Positions 55,983-64,000 of a stretch of 64,000 nucleotides of DNA are shown here, piece by piece (the first letter of the stretch is position 1; every line of letters starts with the position of its first letter). This DNA is from an uncultured bacterium (GTDB lineage: Bacteria; Patescibacteriota; Minisyncoccia; UBA6257; 2-01-FULL-56-20), in NCBI GenBank assembly GCA_963707865.1, contig OY970175.1, positions 144,748 through 208,747 of the forward strand. The letters are read 5' to 3'. The notes beneath the pieces are model-generated. The model saw only the letters and a list, made by a program, of their open reading frames with translations. It ran no database searches and was not told the DNA's origin. The position numbers and the translations under genes are program-made.

Positions 55983-57224
55983 ATGCTTATCGTCATACTC
56001 GTCATAATCGGCCTTTCGGTTCTCATCTTCGGCCACGAAGCCGGCCATTTTTTTGCGGCGAAGGCATTCGGCCTGCAGGTGGATGAATTCGGTTTCGGTT
56101 TTCCGCCGCGGATTTTCGGCATCCGGCGCTACCGTGGAACAAACGCCGTACCAATTGCCGTGGAGCGGGAAACTGCTGATATTGTGGAGCGGGATGCGGC
56201 AGGAGGCATCGTTGAAGAAACGATTACGGTTGAGCGCGAGATTGACGCCGCTGCGCCGGTTGCAAAATGGCGTTTTTTTTGGGGGGACGAACCGGCAGAA
56301 GGTATGGAAGGGTTGACGCCGAACGATACGGCATACTCGGTGAACTGGCTGCCCTTCGGGGGTTTCGTGAAGATAGCGGGGGAACGGGGAGAATTTGAAA
56401 TGGTGGAGCCAAGTGGCGCCTACAGAAAGGCCCCCGACACATCGCGCTTCCTTTATGCGCAGCCTATGTGGAAAAAGAGCATCATCATGCTGGCGGGGAT
56501 TTTCATGAATTTCCTTCTTGGATGGTTCTTCCTCTCGCTTACCTTGATGATCGGGGCACCGCAGGCGCTCGTCGTGAGCGGGGTGCAGCCGGATTCGCCT
56601 GCGACACAGGCGGGCATCATGGCGGGGGACGTGGTGAAAAATTTTACGAGCGCGCAAAGCTTTATTGATTTCATTAACATACGGCGCGGCGAATCAACCA
56701 CGATCACCGTGTTGCGCAACAACAAGGAAATTGATTTCAGCGTCGTGCCGCGGGTAAAGACGGCGCCGGGTGAAGGCGCGGTGGGCGTGGCACTTGCGGA
56801 GGCCGGCACCCCGCGTGAGGGATTCTTTTCCGCGTTCAAGGATGGCCTTGTGGATGCTGGGATCATTGCGTGGCTCACGCTCCAGGCGTTTTACCAGTTG
56901 ATCGTGCAGCTTCTTTTTCATGCCTCGCTCTTACCGGGCGTTGTCGGGCCGGTAGGCATCTTTGGGCTCGCGGAGGAAACAGGGAAGATCGGTCTCGTGT
57001 ATTTGCTCCAGCTCTTTGGGGTAATTTCGCTTAATTTGACCGTGGTGAACCTCATCCCGTTCCCAGCACTTGACGGCGGCAGGTTCCTCATGGCGATTCT
57101 TGAGAAAATAAAGGGCTCGGCGATTTCATATCGCACAGAAGCATGGGTGAACAGCCTCGGCTTCGCCCTACTCATTGTATTGATGGTCCTTCTTACCATT
57201 CGCGACGTCGGCGGTTTGATATGA
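55983..57224 (+). CDS. rseP: RseP-like site-2 protease (M50) with PDZ
   Basis: [23 protein letters not shown]. Confidence 0.93.
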   Translation: MLIVILVIIGLSVLIFGHEAGHFFAAKAFGLQVDEFGFGFPPRIFGIRRYRGTNAVPIAVERETADIVERDAAGGIVEETITVEREIDAAAPVAKWRFFWGDEPAEGMEGLTPNDTAYSVNWLPFGGFVKIAGERGEFEMVEPSGAYRKAPDTSRFLYAQPMWKKSIIMLAGIFMNFLLGWFFLSLTLMIGAPQALVVSGVQPDSPATQAGIMAGDVVKNFTSAQSFIDFINIRRGESTTITVLRNNKEIDFSVVPRVKTAPGEGAVGVALAEAGTPREGFFSAFKDGLVDAGIIAWLTLQAFYQLIVQLLFHASLLPGVVGPVGIFGLAEETGKIGLVYLLQLFGVISLNLTVVNLIPFPALDGGRFLMAILEKIKGSAISYRTEAWVNSLGFALLIVLMVLLTIRDVGGLI

Positions 57225-57255
57225 TACGGTAACATTGTTGGCACAGCATAAGCCG

Positions 57256-57663
57256 ATGGACAAGAACAAAAAACTTACCCCGGAGCAGTACCGTGTGATA
57301 CGCGAAGGCGGTACGGAGGCGCCGTTCAGCGGCAAATATGTGAACGAACACGCGAAAGGAATGTACAAGTGCGCAGCGTGCGGCGCGGAGTTTTTTTCTT
57401 CCGATACGAAGTTTGACTCCGGCACCGGCTGGCCAAGCTTCACCGAACCCGCGAATTTAGCGCATATTGAACTCCGCCCCGACGACGGCCACGGCATGCG
57501 CCGCACCGAGGTCGTTTGTAAGAATTGCGGCGCGCATTTGGGCCATGTTTTTGACGACGGACCCAAGGAGAAAGGCGGCAAGAGGTATTGCTCAATTCGG
57601 TGTGCTTGGAATTGGAAAGGACGGACAAAGAGAAAGATTAAATTTTTGTTAAAGGTTTATTGA
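57256..57663 (+). CDS. msrB: Methionine-R-sulfoxide reductase, apparent frameshift after the catalytic Cys
   Basis: [30 protein letters not shown]; expected INS is out of frame. Confidence 0.88.
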   Translation: MDKNKKLTPEQYRVIREGGTEAPFSGKYVNEHAKGMYKCAACGAEFFSSDTKFDSGTGWPSFTEPANLAHIELRPDDGHGMRRTEVVCKNCGAHLGHVFDDGPKEKGGKRYCSIRCAWNWKGRTKRKIKFLLKVY

Positions 57664-57685
57664 CCTTTTTATTTTGAACGTTACC

Positions 57686-58027
57686 ATGGAAGCTACAATG
57701 GAAAAAATTCCAACGGGCATGTTGAGTCCCGAGGCCGAGCGCTATTTCGGCACTCTTTTAGAGCAGCTCAACGGAAAATTTGATCAACTTTTGGAAGGGT
57801 TTTTTACCTTGGAAGCTGCGATGAAGCGACTTGAAGTCCGCATAGATCGACTTGAAGCGCGCATGGAATTTTTGGAGACGCGGATGGATTATGTTGAAAT
57901 ACAGTTGGAAAAGATCGGAAAAGAATTGAAGGAAATAAGAGTAGAGTTAAAATTGTGCGTCCGTCGTGATGAATTTTGCGCGTTGGAAAAGCGTGTGACA
58001 AAGATTGAGCAGGCGCTCGCGCAGTAG
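57686..58027 (+). CDS. Coiled-coil hypothetical protein
   Basis: Heptads RLEVRIDRLEARMEFLETRMDYVE; start 57686 or 57698. Confidence 0.7.
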   Translation: MEATMEKIPTGMLSPEAERYFGTLLEQLNGKFDQLLEGFFTLEAAMKRLEVRIDRLEARMEFLETRMDYVEIQLEKIGKELKEIRVELKLCVRRDEFCALEKRVTKIEQALAQ

Positions 58028-58078
58028 AATCGCCCCTTACCCCTTTCCATATTTTGAAGTAGGCGGGATAATGAGGGT

Positions 58079-59260
58079 ATGATCCAGCGCGGGGTTGCTT
58101 CTTTTGGGCTTGATTACGGCCGTTGTCCGCCATGGCTTTTTGAGCGGATGGTGAAGCTTGGCCGCGAGATGGCGTATGTGCTCATTGCGGAGTATGGGCC
58201 GGATGAGTTTATCAAACGGATCGCCGATCCCGTGTGGTTCCAGTCGCTTGGTACGGTGCTTGCGTTTGATTGGAACGCGTCGGGGCTTACGACCATTCTT
58301 ACGGCAGCACTTAAAGAGGCTATCCGCGGCCATGAAAGGGACTGGGGCGTGTTCATTTGCGGTGGGAAGGGGAAAACCTCGCGAAAGACGCCGGAGGAAA
58401 TTGCGCAATGGGGCGAGCGCCTCGCGCTTCCCGTAGCCGCGGCGAACAATCTGGTTTACAACTCAAAAATGAGCGCAAAGGTGGACAGCGCACTCGTGCA
58501 GGATGGTTTCCAGCTGTACCATCATTCGTTCTTTTTCTCGCGCCGCGGCGCGTGGGCGGTCGTCCAGCAGGGGATGAACAAAGAAAAGCGCTCGGCGCGC
58601 CGCTATCATTGGTTCTCGGAAAATATAAATGATCTGGTTTCCGAGCCGCATTCCGGAATTTCCTCGCCGGTGGTCCTGAACCGCGTGCTGGACCTTACGG
58701 CAAAACGCAGTGCCGAGACGCGGCAAATTTCCACTGAGCTTGTACAGGCCGGCTACGCGACACTCATGAAAGATATCAAGCTCCTGCGTAAGTATTCCTC
58801 GCCGCTCTCGCAGATGGCAAAGTTTGAGAATAGCCGAGGGGAGCAGCTTACCTTGATGAACCTTGCAACGCGCGAGTTCAAATATCATCCGATGGTGCAC
58901 GAGAATTTTGCACAGAGCAAATATTTGGAAAAGATTCTGGCGAAGGTGACGGATCGGAAGCCCGCAAATTACGAAAAATTGATTGCCATTGAGGGCGTGG
59001 GGCCGAAGACCGTCCGGGCGCTCGCGCTCGTGGGCGAGGTGATCTACGGTGCAAAGCCATCCTACGAAGACCCCGCACGCTACAGTTTCGCGCACGGGGG
59101 CAAGGACGCGACGCCCTATCCTGTGGACCGAAATACCTACGACCAGACGATTATGATGCTTGGTAATGCGGTGCGGAAGACGCGGCTTGCGCCGGATGAA
59201 AAAAGGCGGGCGCTTGCACGGCTCGGGAAGAGAGCGGGGAGTGCGGGGCGGATGCTATAA
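58079..59260 (+). CDS. DUF763 family protein
   Basis: PPWLFERM, DPVWFQ, SGLTT, AKVDSALVQDG, VVQQGM, FAHGGKD. Confidence 0.9.
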   Translation: MIQRGVASFGLDYGRCPPWLFERMVKLGREMAYVLIAEYGPDEFIKRIADPVWFQSLGTVLAFDWNASGLTTILTAALKEAIRGHERDWGVFICGGKGKTSRKTPEEIAQWGERLALPVAAANNLVYNSKMSAKVDSALVQDGFQLYHHSFFFSRRGAWAVVQQGMNKEKRSARRYHWFSENINDLVSEPHSGISSPVVLNRVLDLTAKRSAETRQISTELVQAGYATLMKDIKLLRKYSSPLSQMAKFENSRGEQLTLMNLATREFKYHPMVHENFAQSKYLEKILAKVTDRKPANYEKLIAIEGVGPKTVRALALVGEVIYGAKPSYEDPARYSFAHGGKDATPYPVDRNTYDQTIMMLGNAVRKTRLAPDEKRRALARLGKRAGSAGRML

Positions 59261-59366
59261 TTGAGTTATTCAAGAGTCCCAATCAAAAAGCTGTGCGTAT
59301 TGCAACAGTTTGTAGTAACGGTGGGGCAATGGATACTGGAAAATATATGATATATAATGAAAGCAC

Positions 59367-59645
59367 ATGGACACTTTGATCCACGCCGACATTTTCTTTT
59401 TCGTGACGACGATTGCGGTGGTTGTCGTGGCGGTAGTCCTCACGGTAGTGCTCATTTATCTTGCTAAAGTTTTGAGCGACATCAAGAAGATTACGGCACA
59501 GGTGCACGAAGAAACCGTCTTGTTCCGCGAGGACTTAGGCGATCTGCGGACAGAGGTGCGGCGCGATGGATTCAAGCTACGGCATTTTATGGAATTTCTT
59601 GCGCGGTTCCGCCGCAAGAAGACAACCCCAAGGTCGAGAAAGTAA
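59367..59645 (+). CDS. Small membrane protein (DUF948-like)
   Basis: Long TM followed by coiled coil. Confidence 0.65.
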   Translation: MDTLIHADIFFFVTTIAVVVVAVVLTVVLIYLAKVLSDIKKITAQVHEETVLFREDLGDLRTEVRRDGFKLRHFMEFLARFRRKKTTPRSRK

Positions 59646-59670
59646 ATCAAAAAAATAATACAACATTGTC

Positions 59671-60078
59671 ATGAAGAAACGAACGAGAAGAATGGCGATG
59701 GAGGCCGGCGCGGGCGTTCTGACCGCCGCCGCACTCACTGCCGCGGCCGCGTATCTTTTGTCCAATAAGAAACAGAGGACAAGGGCGAAGGCATGGGTTG
59801 TGAAGGCAAGGAAAGAAGTGGCGAAGAACGTGAAGAAGGCTCGCCGGATGGGCGAAAAGGATTATCATCGCGTGGTTGCACGCGCGACGAAGCGTTATGC
59901 AGGATTGCACAATGTGAACACCGCGGAGCTCATCAAAGTGACCTGCGACATGAAGGATGAATGGAAGCGCTTGCAGAAGGACGCCAAGGTGCTTGCGAAA
60001 ATGGTGGGTGCAAAGGGTGCAAAGAAAGCGGTGAGGCCGAAAAGGGCTCACCGCGGGAAGAAGCACGACAAGAGGTAG
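59671..60078 (+). CDS. Basic hypothetical protein (YtxH-like N-terminus)
   Basis: GAGVLTAAALTAAAAYLL followed by Lys/Arg-rich helices. Confidence 0.65.
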   Translation: MKKRTRRMAMEAGAGVLTAAALTAAAAYLLSNKKQRTRAKAWVVKARKEVAKNVKKARRMGEKDYHRVVARATKRYAGLHNVNTAELIKVTCDMKDEWKRLQKDAKVLAKMVGAKGAKKAVRPKRAHRGKKHDKR

Positions 60079-60103
60079 GAGAAGAGAAATGCAAGAAATA
60101 AAT

Positions 60104-60136
60104 CGCCCCGACATTCCGCCGGGGCGGTTTGTTTTT
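60104..60136. terminator. Terminator between convergent genes
   Basis: CGCCCCG-9nt-CGGGGCG with flanking A/T runs. Confidence 0.65.
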
Positions 60137-60142
60137 CATCAC

Positions 60143-61381
60143 CTATTCGTACCGCAAGGCCTCTATGGGGCTCTTTTTTGATGCCTGGTTGGCAGGATAG
60201 ATGCCGAAGATGAGCCCTATGCCGGACGAGACACCGAGGCCGAGCGCCACGGCACTCCAGGGCAGAATGAATTGCCAGTTAAGTCCGTATACGTGACTTA
60301 AGAGGAAGGCCACCGCAAAAGAAATCAGGCCGCCGAGCGTGATGCCGATCACGCCGCCGATCGCAGTGAGGATAACTGCTTCAAGGAGAAATTGGGAAAG
60401 GATGTTGCGGTCGGTCGCGCCGAGCGCTTTGCGCAATCCTATCTCGCGCGTGCGCTCGGTGACCGAAACGAGCATGATGTTCATGATGCCGATGCCGCCC
60501 ACGACGAGCGAGATGGCCGCGACCGCGGCAAGGAAAAGCGTGAGAACGGTGAGGATCGTGCTTACGGTTTGCATGGCGCTTTCCTGGGTTTGAATGTAGA
60601 AGTCGTCCTTCGCGGGGTCAATGATGCCGTGATCGTTACGGAGCGTCGCCGTGATGTCGTCCGCGGTCTCGTTCACGGTTGTGTCACTGTCCGCTTCCAC
60701 GACCATTCGGTTGAAATAATTAATGCCGAAAATGTAGGTCTGCGCCGTCGTGTAGGGTACGAAAACCGACTCGTCAAAGTTTAGGAATGAAAGTTGTCCG
60801 GTGCTTTTTAAGACGCCGACCACGCGGAATGTGGTGTTCCCGACGCGTATTTTCTCGCCAATCGCCGAACTGCCGTCAAAGAGCTTCTGTTCCACAGTTT
60901 TCCCGATCACGGCGACGCTCGCCCGGCTTGCCACGTCGTCCACCGTGAACATTTCTCCCTCGTCGGCCGTGACGTTATAGAGGTCGCCGAAGAGTTCCGT
61001 AGAACCAAAGAGGGTCGCCTGGTACGTGTTCGTTTGCCACGAAATCGCTTCACTGCCGAAGACGATGGGCATCACGACCGCCGCGTGCGGGACGTTCGCC
61101 TTGTTTTCAAGCGCCGTAAGATCGCTGTCTTTCAGTGAGTTAGTGAAAGAGGAAAGAAAATCGGTAGGACTCGTTGGCTGCTTGCCCGGCACGATCGCGA
61201 TCGTGCGCGAGCCGATGCTCTGGATCTCCCCGAGAATAAGCCCCTGCGCGCCCTGGCCCAGGGACATCACAATGATGATGGCGGTGATGCCGATCACAAT
61301 CCCGAGGATCGTAAGAAACGCCCGTGACTTGTTGGTTGCAAGGCCCGCGACAGCCGTATGAGTGAGTTGGCGTAACTTCAT
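60143..61381 (-). CDS. MacB/FtsX-like ABC permease
   Basis: [45 protein letters not shown]. Confidence 0.95.
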   Translation of the reverse strand: MKLRQLTHTAVAGLATNKSRAFLTILGIVIGITAIIIVMSLGQGAQGLILGEIQSIGSRTIAIVPGKQPTSPTDFLSSFTNSLKDSDLTALENKANVPHAAVVMPIVFGSEAISWQTNTYQATLFGSTELFGDLYNVTADEGEMFTVDDVASRASVAVIGKTVEQKLFDGSSAIGEKIRVGNTTFRVVGVLKSTGQLSFLNFDESVFVPYTTAQTYIFGINYFNRMVVEADSDTTVNETADDITATLRNDHGIIDPAKDDFYIQTQESAMQTVSTILTVLTLFLAAVAAISLVVGGIGIMNIMLVSVTERTREIGLRKALGATDRNILSQFLLEAVILTAIGGVIGITLGGLISFAVAFLLSHVYGLNWQFILPWSAVALGLGVSSGIGLIFGIYPANQASKKSPIEALRYE

Positions 61382-62097
61382 TTTTCAAAGGTATCGGTCG
61401 CGCGACGGCGCTTTGCGACCCTTTCATCGAAGTCCAGCCGGCCGTCCAAAATATGGAGGATGCGCTCCGCATGTTCGGCCGTGTGCGTTTCGTGCGTGAT
61501 GAGGATGATCGTGTGGCCTTGTTCTTCGTTCAGCCGTTGGATCGTTTGCATGATGGCCTGTCCCGATTTTGAATCCAGGTTGCCCGTCGGTTCATCGGCG
61601 AAGATCACCTGCGGCGAGAGGATGAGCGCCCGGGCGATCGCGACGCGCTGCCGTTCGCCGCCGGAGAGCTGGGACGACTGGTGATGGAGGCGGTGGGCGA
61701 GACCCACCGTTTCTACGGCTTTCGTCGCCATCTCGTCCCACTGCGCTTCGGGGATGTCGGAGTAGAGCAGGGGAAGCTTCACGTTGTCCAATACGGTTGA
61801 GCGCGCGAGCAGGTTGAATGCTTGGAACACGAATCCCATTTTATGATTGCGGATGTGCGCGAGCTCGTCCTCGGAATACGCGGACATTTCTTTCCCGTCA
61901 AAAAAATAGGTGCCGCTTGTGTAGCGGTCAAGAAACCCGAGGATGTGAAGCAGGGTTGATTTGCCGGATCCGGAAGGTCCCATGATGGACACGAATTCTC
62001 CCGCTTTGATGGAAAGCGAAACGTCTTCTACGGCAACGGTTTCCGACCCTTCCTCGCCGTACACCTTTCGGAGTGACTTGGCTTCAATGAGTGCCAT
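61378..62097 (-). CDS. ABC ATPase (MacB/LolD-like)
   Basis: [26 protein letters not shown]. Confidence 0.95.
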   Translation of the reverse strand: MALIEAKSLRKVYGEEGSETVAVEDVSLSIKAGEFVSIMGPSGSGKSTLLHILGFLDRYTSGTYFFDGKEMSAYSEDELAHIRNHKMGFVFQAFNLLARSTVLDNVKLPLLYSDIPEAQWDEMATKAVETVGLAHRLHHQSSQLSGGERQRVAIARALILSPQVIFADEPTGNLDSKSGQAIMQTIQRLNEEQGHTIILITHETHTAEHAERILHILDGRLDFDERVAKRRRATDTFEK

Positions 62098-62114
62098 GGG
62101 CCATGCGCCGGCGC

Positions 62115-63683
62115 TTATGATGACGTGGGCGACCGGAGCACGACCTCTCCTTCGTTCAACCCCGAAGCGATTTCAATATTGCCTTGCGTGTCGCGGATGC
62201 CGACCGTCACGGCGCGCGTTTCAAGCGGCTGGTTCGCGCCGTGATAGACCTGGACCGTGCGGCTGCCGTCGGCGTTCGTCACGACCGCTCGCTGGGGGAC
62301 GTAGATCACGTTCTCGTGCGTCGCAGTCGTGATGTCAATGTTCGCGGTCATGCCGGGTTTTACGTCCGCGCTAAGGGAGAATTGGAACGTGGTCTTATAC
62401 GTCGGCACGCCCTCAATCACGGTTTCACCGGGATCAATATACGTTACTTTTCCCGAGAAGGTTTGACCCTGAAAAGCGTCAAGAGTCATGGTGGCGGCGT
62501 CGCCCACGGTCACTTTGCCAATATCAGCTTCGGGGATATCCGCGTCTACTTCAAGGCCTTGGTCGGAAAGAAGAGAGACGAGCACGACCCCCGGCGTCGC
62601 GATTTCGCCGATCTTCGCACTTTGCGTCGTCACTATGCCGGCAACGGGCGCCATGAGGGATGCCTTCGCGATCTTCACTTGTATTCCTTGGACGGTCGCC
62701 TGCGCTTGTTCCACTTGCGCCTGTTGCGCCTGGATATCCTCCGTGGTCGGGCCGGCAATCGTTTTCTCACGCGCGGCTTGCAGTCCCTGGATTGTGATTT
62801 TTTGCGAAGCGATTTTTTGCGCGGCATTATTGACGCCATTCACCGCGCTCGTGGTTTCCGTAAGCGCCGCGGTGAGCGCGGTCTTGTAGGCATTAAGCGT
62901 CGCCGTGGGAAGTCCCGTCTGTTCCACGACGGCGGCGCTCGCCGTCGTGAGAAAATTGTTTACGACAGAAAGGTGTGCGGCGCCGCGCTGGAGCGCGGCC
63001 TCAAGCGTTGAGGTGGGGGAAGCGGCGTTGATGCCGCCGAGCTCCGTCTGCCACGTATTGAGCTCGGCACTTGCTTGGACTCTCTGGAATTGGACGAGGT
63101 TCATCGTTTGAGAGTCGTTGAGAATGAACGTGAGTTGCGGGTTCACGCTTTCGGGGTTGGAGAAAAAGGGAGCGAGTTGGTTGCGGACGGCGTCATTTGC
63201 CTCTGCATACGCACTCGTGAGTGCGCCCTCCACGTTCCCGTACATATTCACGAGGTCTTGTTCCGCCCCGTTTAGATTGGCCTGCGCGGTTTGAATGTCC
63301 TCCGGCCGTGATCCAATCTGGAGCGATCGAAGATTCGCGGTCTGGGTATCCACGTCTGCTTGTGCCTGGGCGAGCTGCGCTGCAAGGTCGCTCGTATCCA
63401 AACGCGCGATGGCACCGCCTGCGTTCACGTGATCGCCTACGTCGGCATTGACCGCCGCAATCGTCCCGCCGATTTCAAAAGCAAGGTCCACGCTGTGGAC
63501 CGGTGCGGTATTGCCCGTCACGCTTACAATTTGGACGATCGTGCCACGCGCGGCCGTCGCAAGCTGGTAGTCGGGATTTTTCGGAACAAACCACAGTTCA
63601 TAAACGCCCCATCCGAGAAGTAGGACTATCACTGCCGCCACGATTTTTTTGGTGGTGCTTAGCCGCGCAAGGAACGATTTCAT
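62115..63683 (-). CDS. MacA/HlyD-like periplasmic adaptor
   Basis: N-terminal TM, lipoyl halves, long helical hairpin, KPGMTA, GLNEGE. Confidence 0.9.
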   Translation of the reverse strand: MKSFLARLSTTKKIVAAVIVLLLGWGVYELWFVPKNPDYQLATAARGTIVQIVSVTGNTAPVHSVDLAFEIGGTIAAVNADVGDHVNAGGAIARLDTSDLAAQLAQAQADVDTQTANLRSLQIGSRPEDIQTAQANLNGAEQDLVNMYGNVEGALTSAYAEANDAVRNQLAPFFSNPESVNPQLTFILNDSQTMNLVQFQRVQASAELNTWQTELGGINAASPTSTLEAALQRGAAHLSVVNNFLTTASAAVVEQTGLPTATLNAYKTALTAALTETTSAVNGVNNAAQKIASQKITIQGLQAAREKTIAGPTTEDIQAQQAQVEQAQATVQGIQVKIAKASLMAPVAGIVTTQSAKIGEIATPGVVLVSLLSDQGLEVDADIPEADIGKVTVGDAATMTLDAFQGQTFSGKVTYIDPGETVIEGVPTYKTTFQFSLSADVKPGMTANIDITTATHENVIYVPQRAVVTNADGSRTVQVYHGANQPLETRAVTVGIRDTQGNIEIASGLNEGEVVLRSPTSS

Positions 63684-63723
63684 ATTGTTAATTATACCAC
63701 ATTCCGATTGTCCACAAGGTCAC

Positions 63724-63791
63724 TTGACGCGCGCGGCTGCCATCGGCTATAATAGTTAAGTATATTAACCATTTAAGCATACTAACCATTT
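63724..63791 (+). promoter_or_regulatory. Promoter with tandem operator-like repeats
   Basis: TTGACG-18nt-TATAAT, then TTAAGTATATTAACCAT / TTAAGCATACTAACCAT with 17-nt period. Confidence 0.65.
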
Positions 63792-64000
63792 ATGGATAAG
63801 ATTATTGAGGTGAAGAATCTCACGAAGCAATTCGGCGGTTTTACTGCAGTGAACCATATTTCCTTTGATGTAAAAAAAGGGGAAATTTTCGCCTTTTTGG
63901 GGCCGAACGGAGCAGGGAAGTCCACCACTATTAAGATGCTCACCACGCTTCTGCATCCTACGAGCGGCGTGATCACGCTCGCCGGCCACAGCCCAATCAC
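63792..64000 (+). CDS. ABC transporter ATPase (DrrA-like), runs off the window edge
   Basis: Not in ORF track. MDKIIEVKNLTKQFGGFTAVNHISFDVKKGEIFAFLGPNGAGKSTT. Confidence 0.9.
   Translation, partial: MDKIIEVKNLTKQFGGFTAVNHISFDVKKGEIFAFLGPNGAGKSTTIKMLTTLLHPTSGVITLAGHSPI

Noticed and set aside
57583-57600. Selenocysteine or programmed recoding in msrB
   Set aside because: The codon is TGC, not TGA, and there is no slippery sequence; a simple 1-nt deletion explains it.
1-64000. CRISPR array or cas genes
   Set aside because: No regularly spaced direct repeats or Cas motifs seen.
1-64000. Alternative genetic code (UGA=Gly)
   Set aside because: Conserved genes are full length under code 11 and several end properly at TGA (rpmF, nusB, rplS).

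Overview
This is a 64-kb chromosomal segment, very probably from a Patescibacteria/CPR (Parcubacteria-like) bacterium read with genetic code 11. The assignment is inferred from a divergent, insertion-bearing, unlinked 16S rRNA gene without an anti-Shine-Dalgarno tail, a hinge-less SMC, and pervasive leaderless-type starts. Most of the window is housekeeping: zwf-gnd fusion, mur/ddl, ychF, recR, dnaB, cysS, CIRCE-hrcA-grpE-dnaK-X-dnaJ, rnhB-rpmF-nusB-rnc-smc, rpsP-khpA-efp, mnmA, rplS, recO, glyQS, murA, mreB, holB, frr, rseP, msrB and a MacAB-like exporter. An accessory stretch lies at about 7.1-18.8 kb. The most unusual observations are: (1) a nested tRNA locus, where an intact tRNA-Lys(UUU) sits at the tip of a long hairpin inserted into the anticodon of a second, decayed tRNA-Lys; (2) a ThiF adenylyltransferase + GNAT-like acyltransferase + membrane/GAF histidine kinase trio resembling an N-acyl-amino-acid signal synthase-receptor module; (3) a 16S gene carrying a group I intron and a 270-nt two-armed helix-10 insertion made of inverted copies of one unit; (4) no anti-SD, leaderless core genes, but GGAGG-led accessory genes. 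Also present are an IS481-family element, a free-standing LAGLIDADG gene abutting tRNA-Leu, an HTH-Doc toxin-antitoxin pair with operators, a PilGHI-like cassette and a frameshifted msrB. All calls are by eye from motifs; no searches or folding programs were run.
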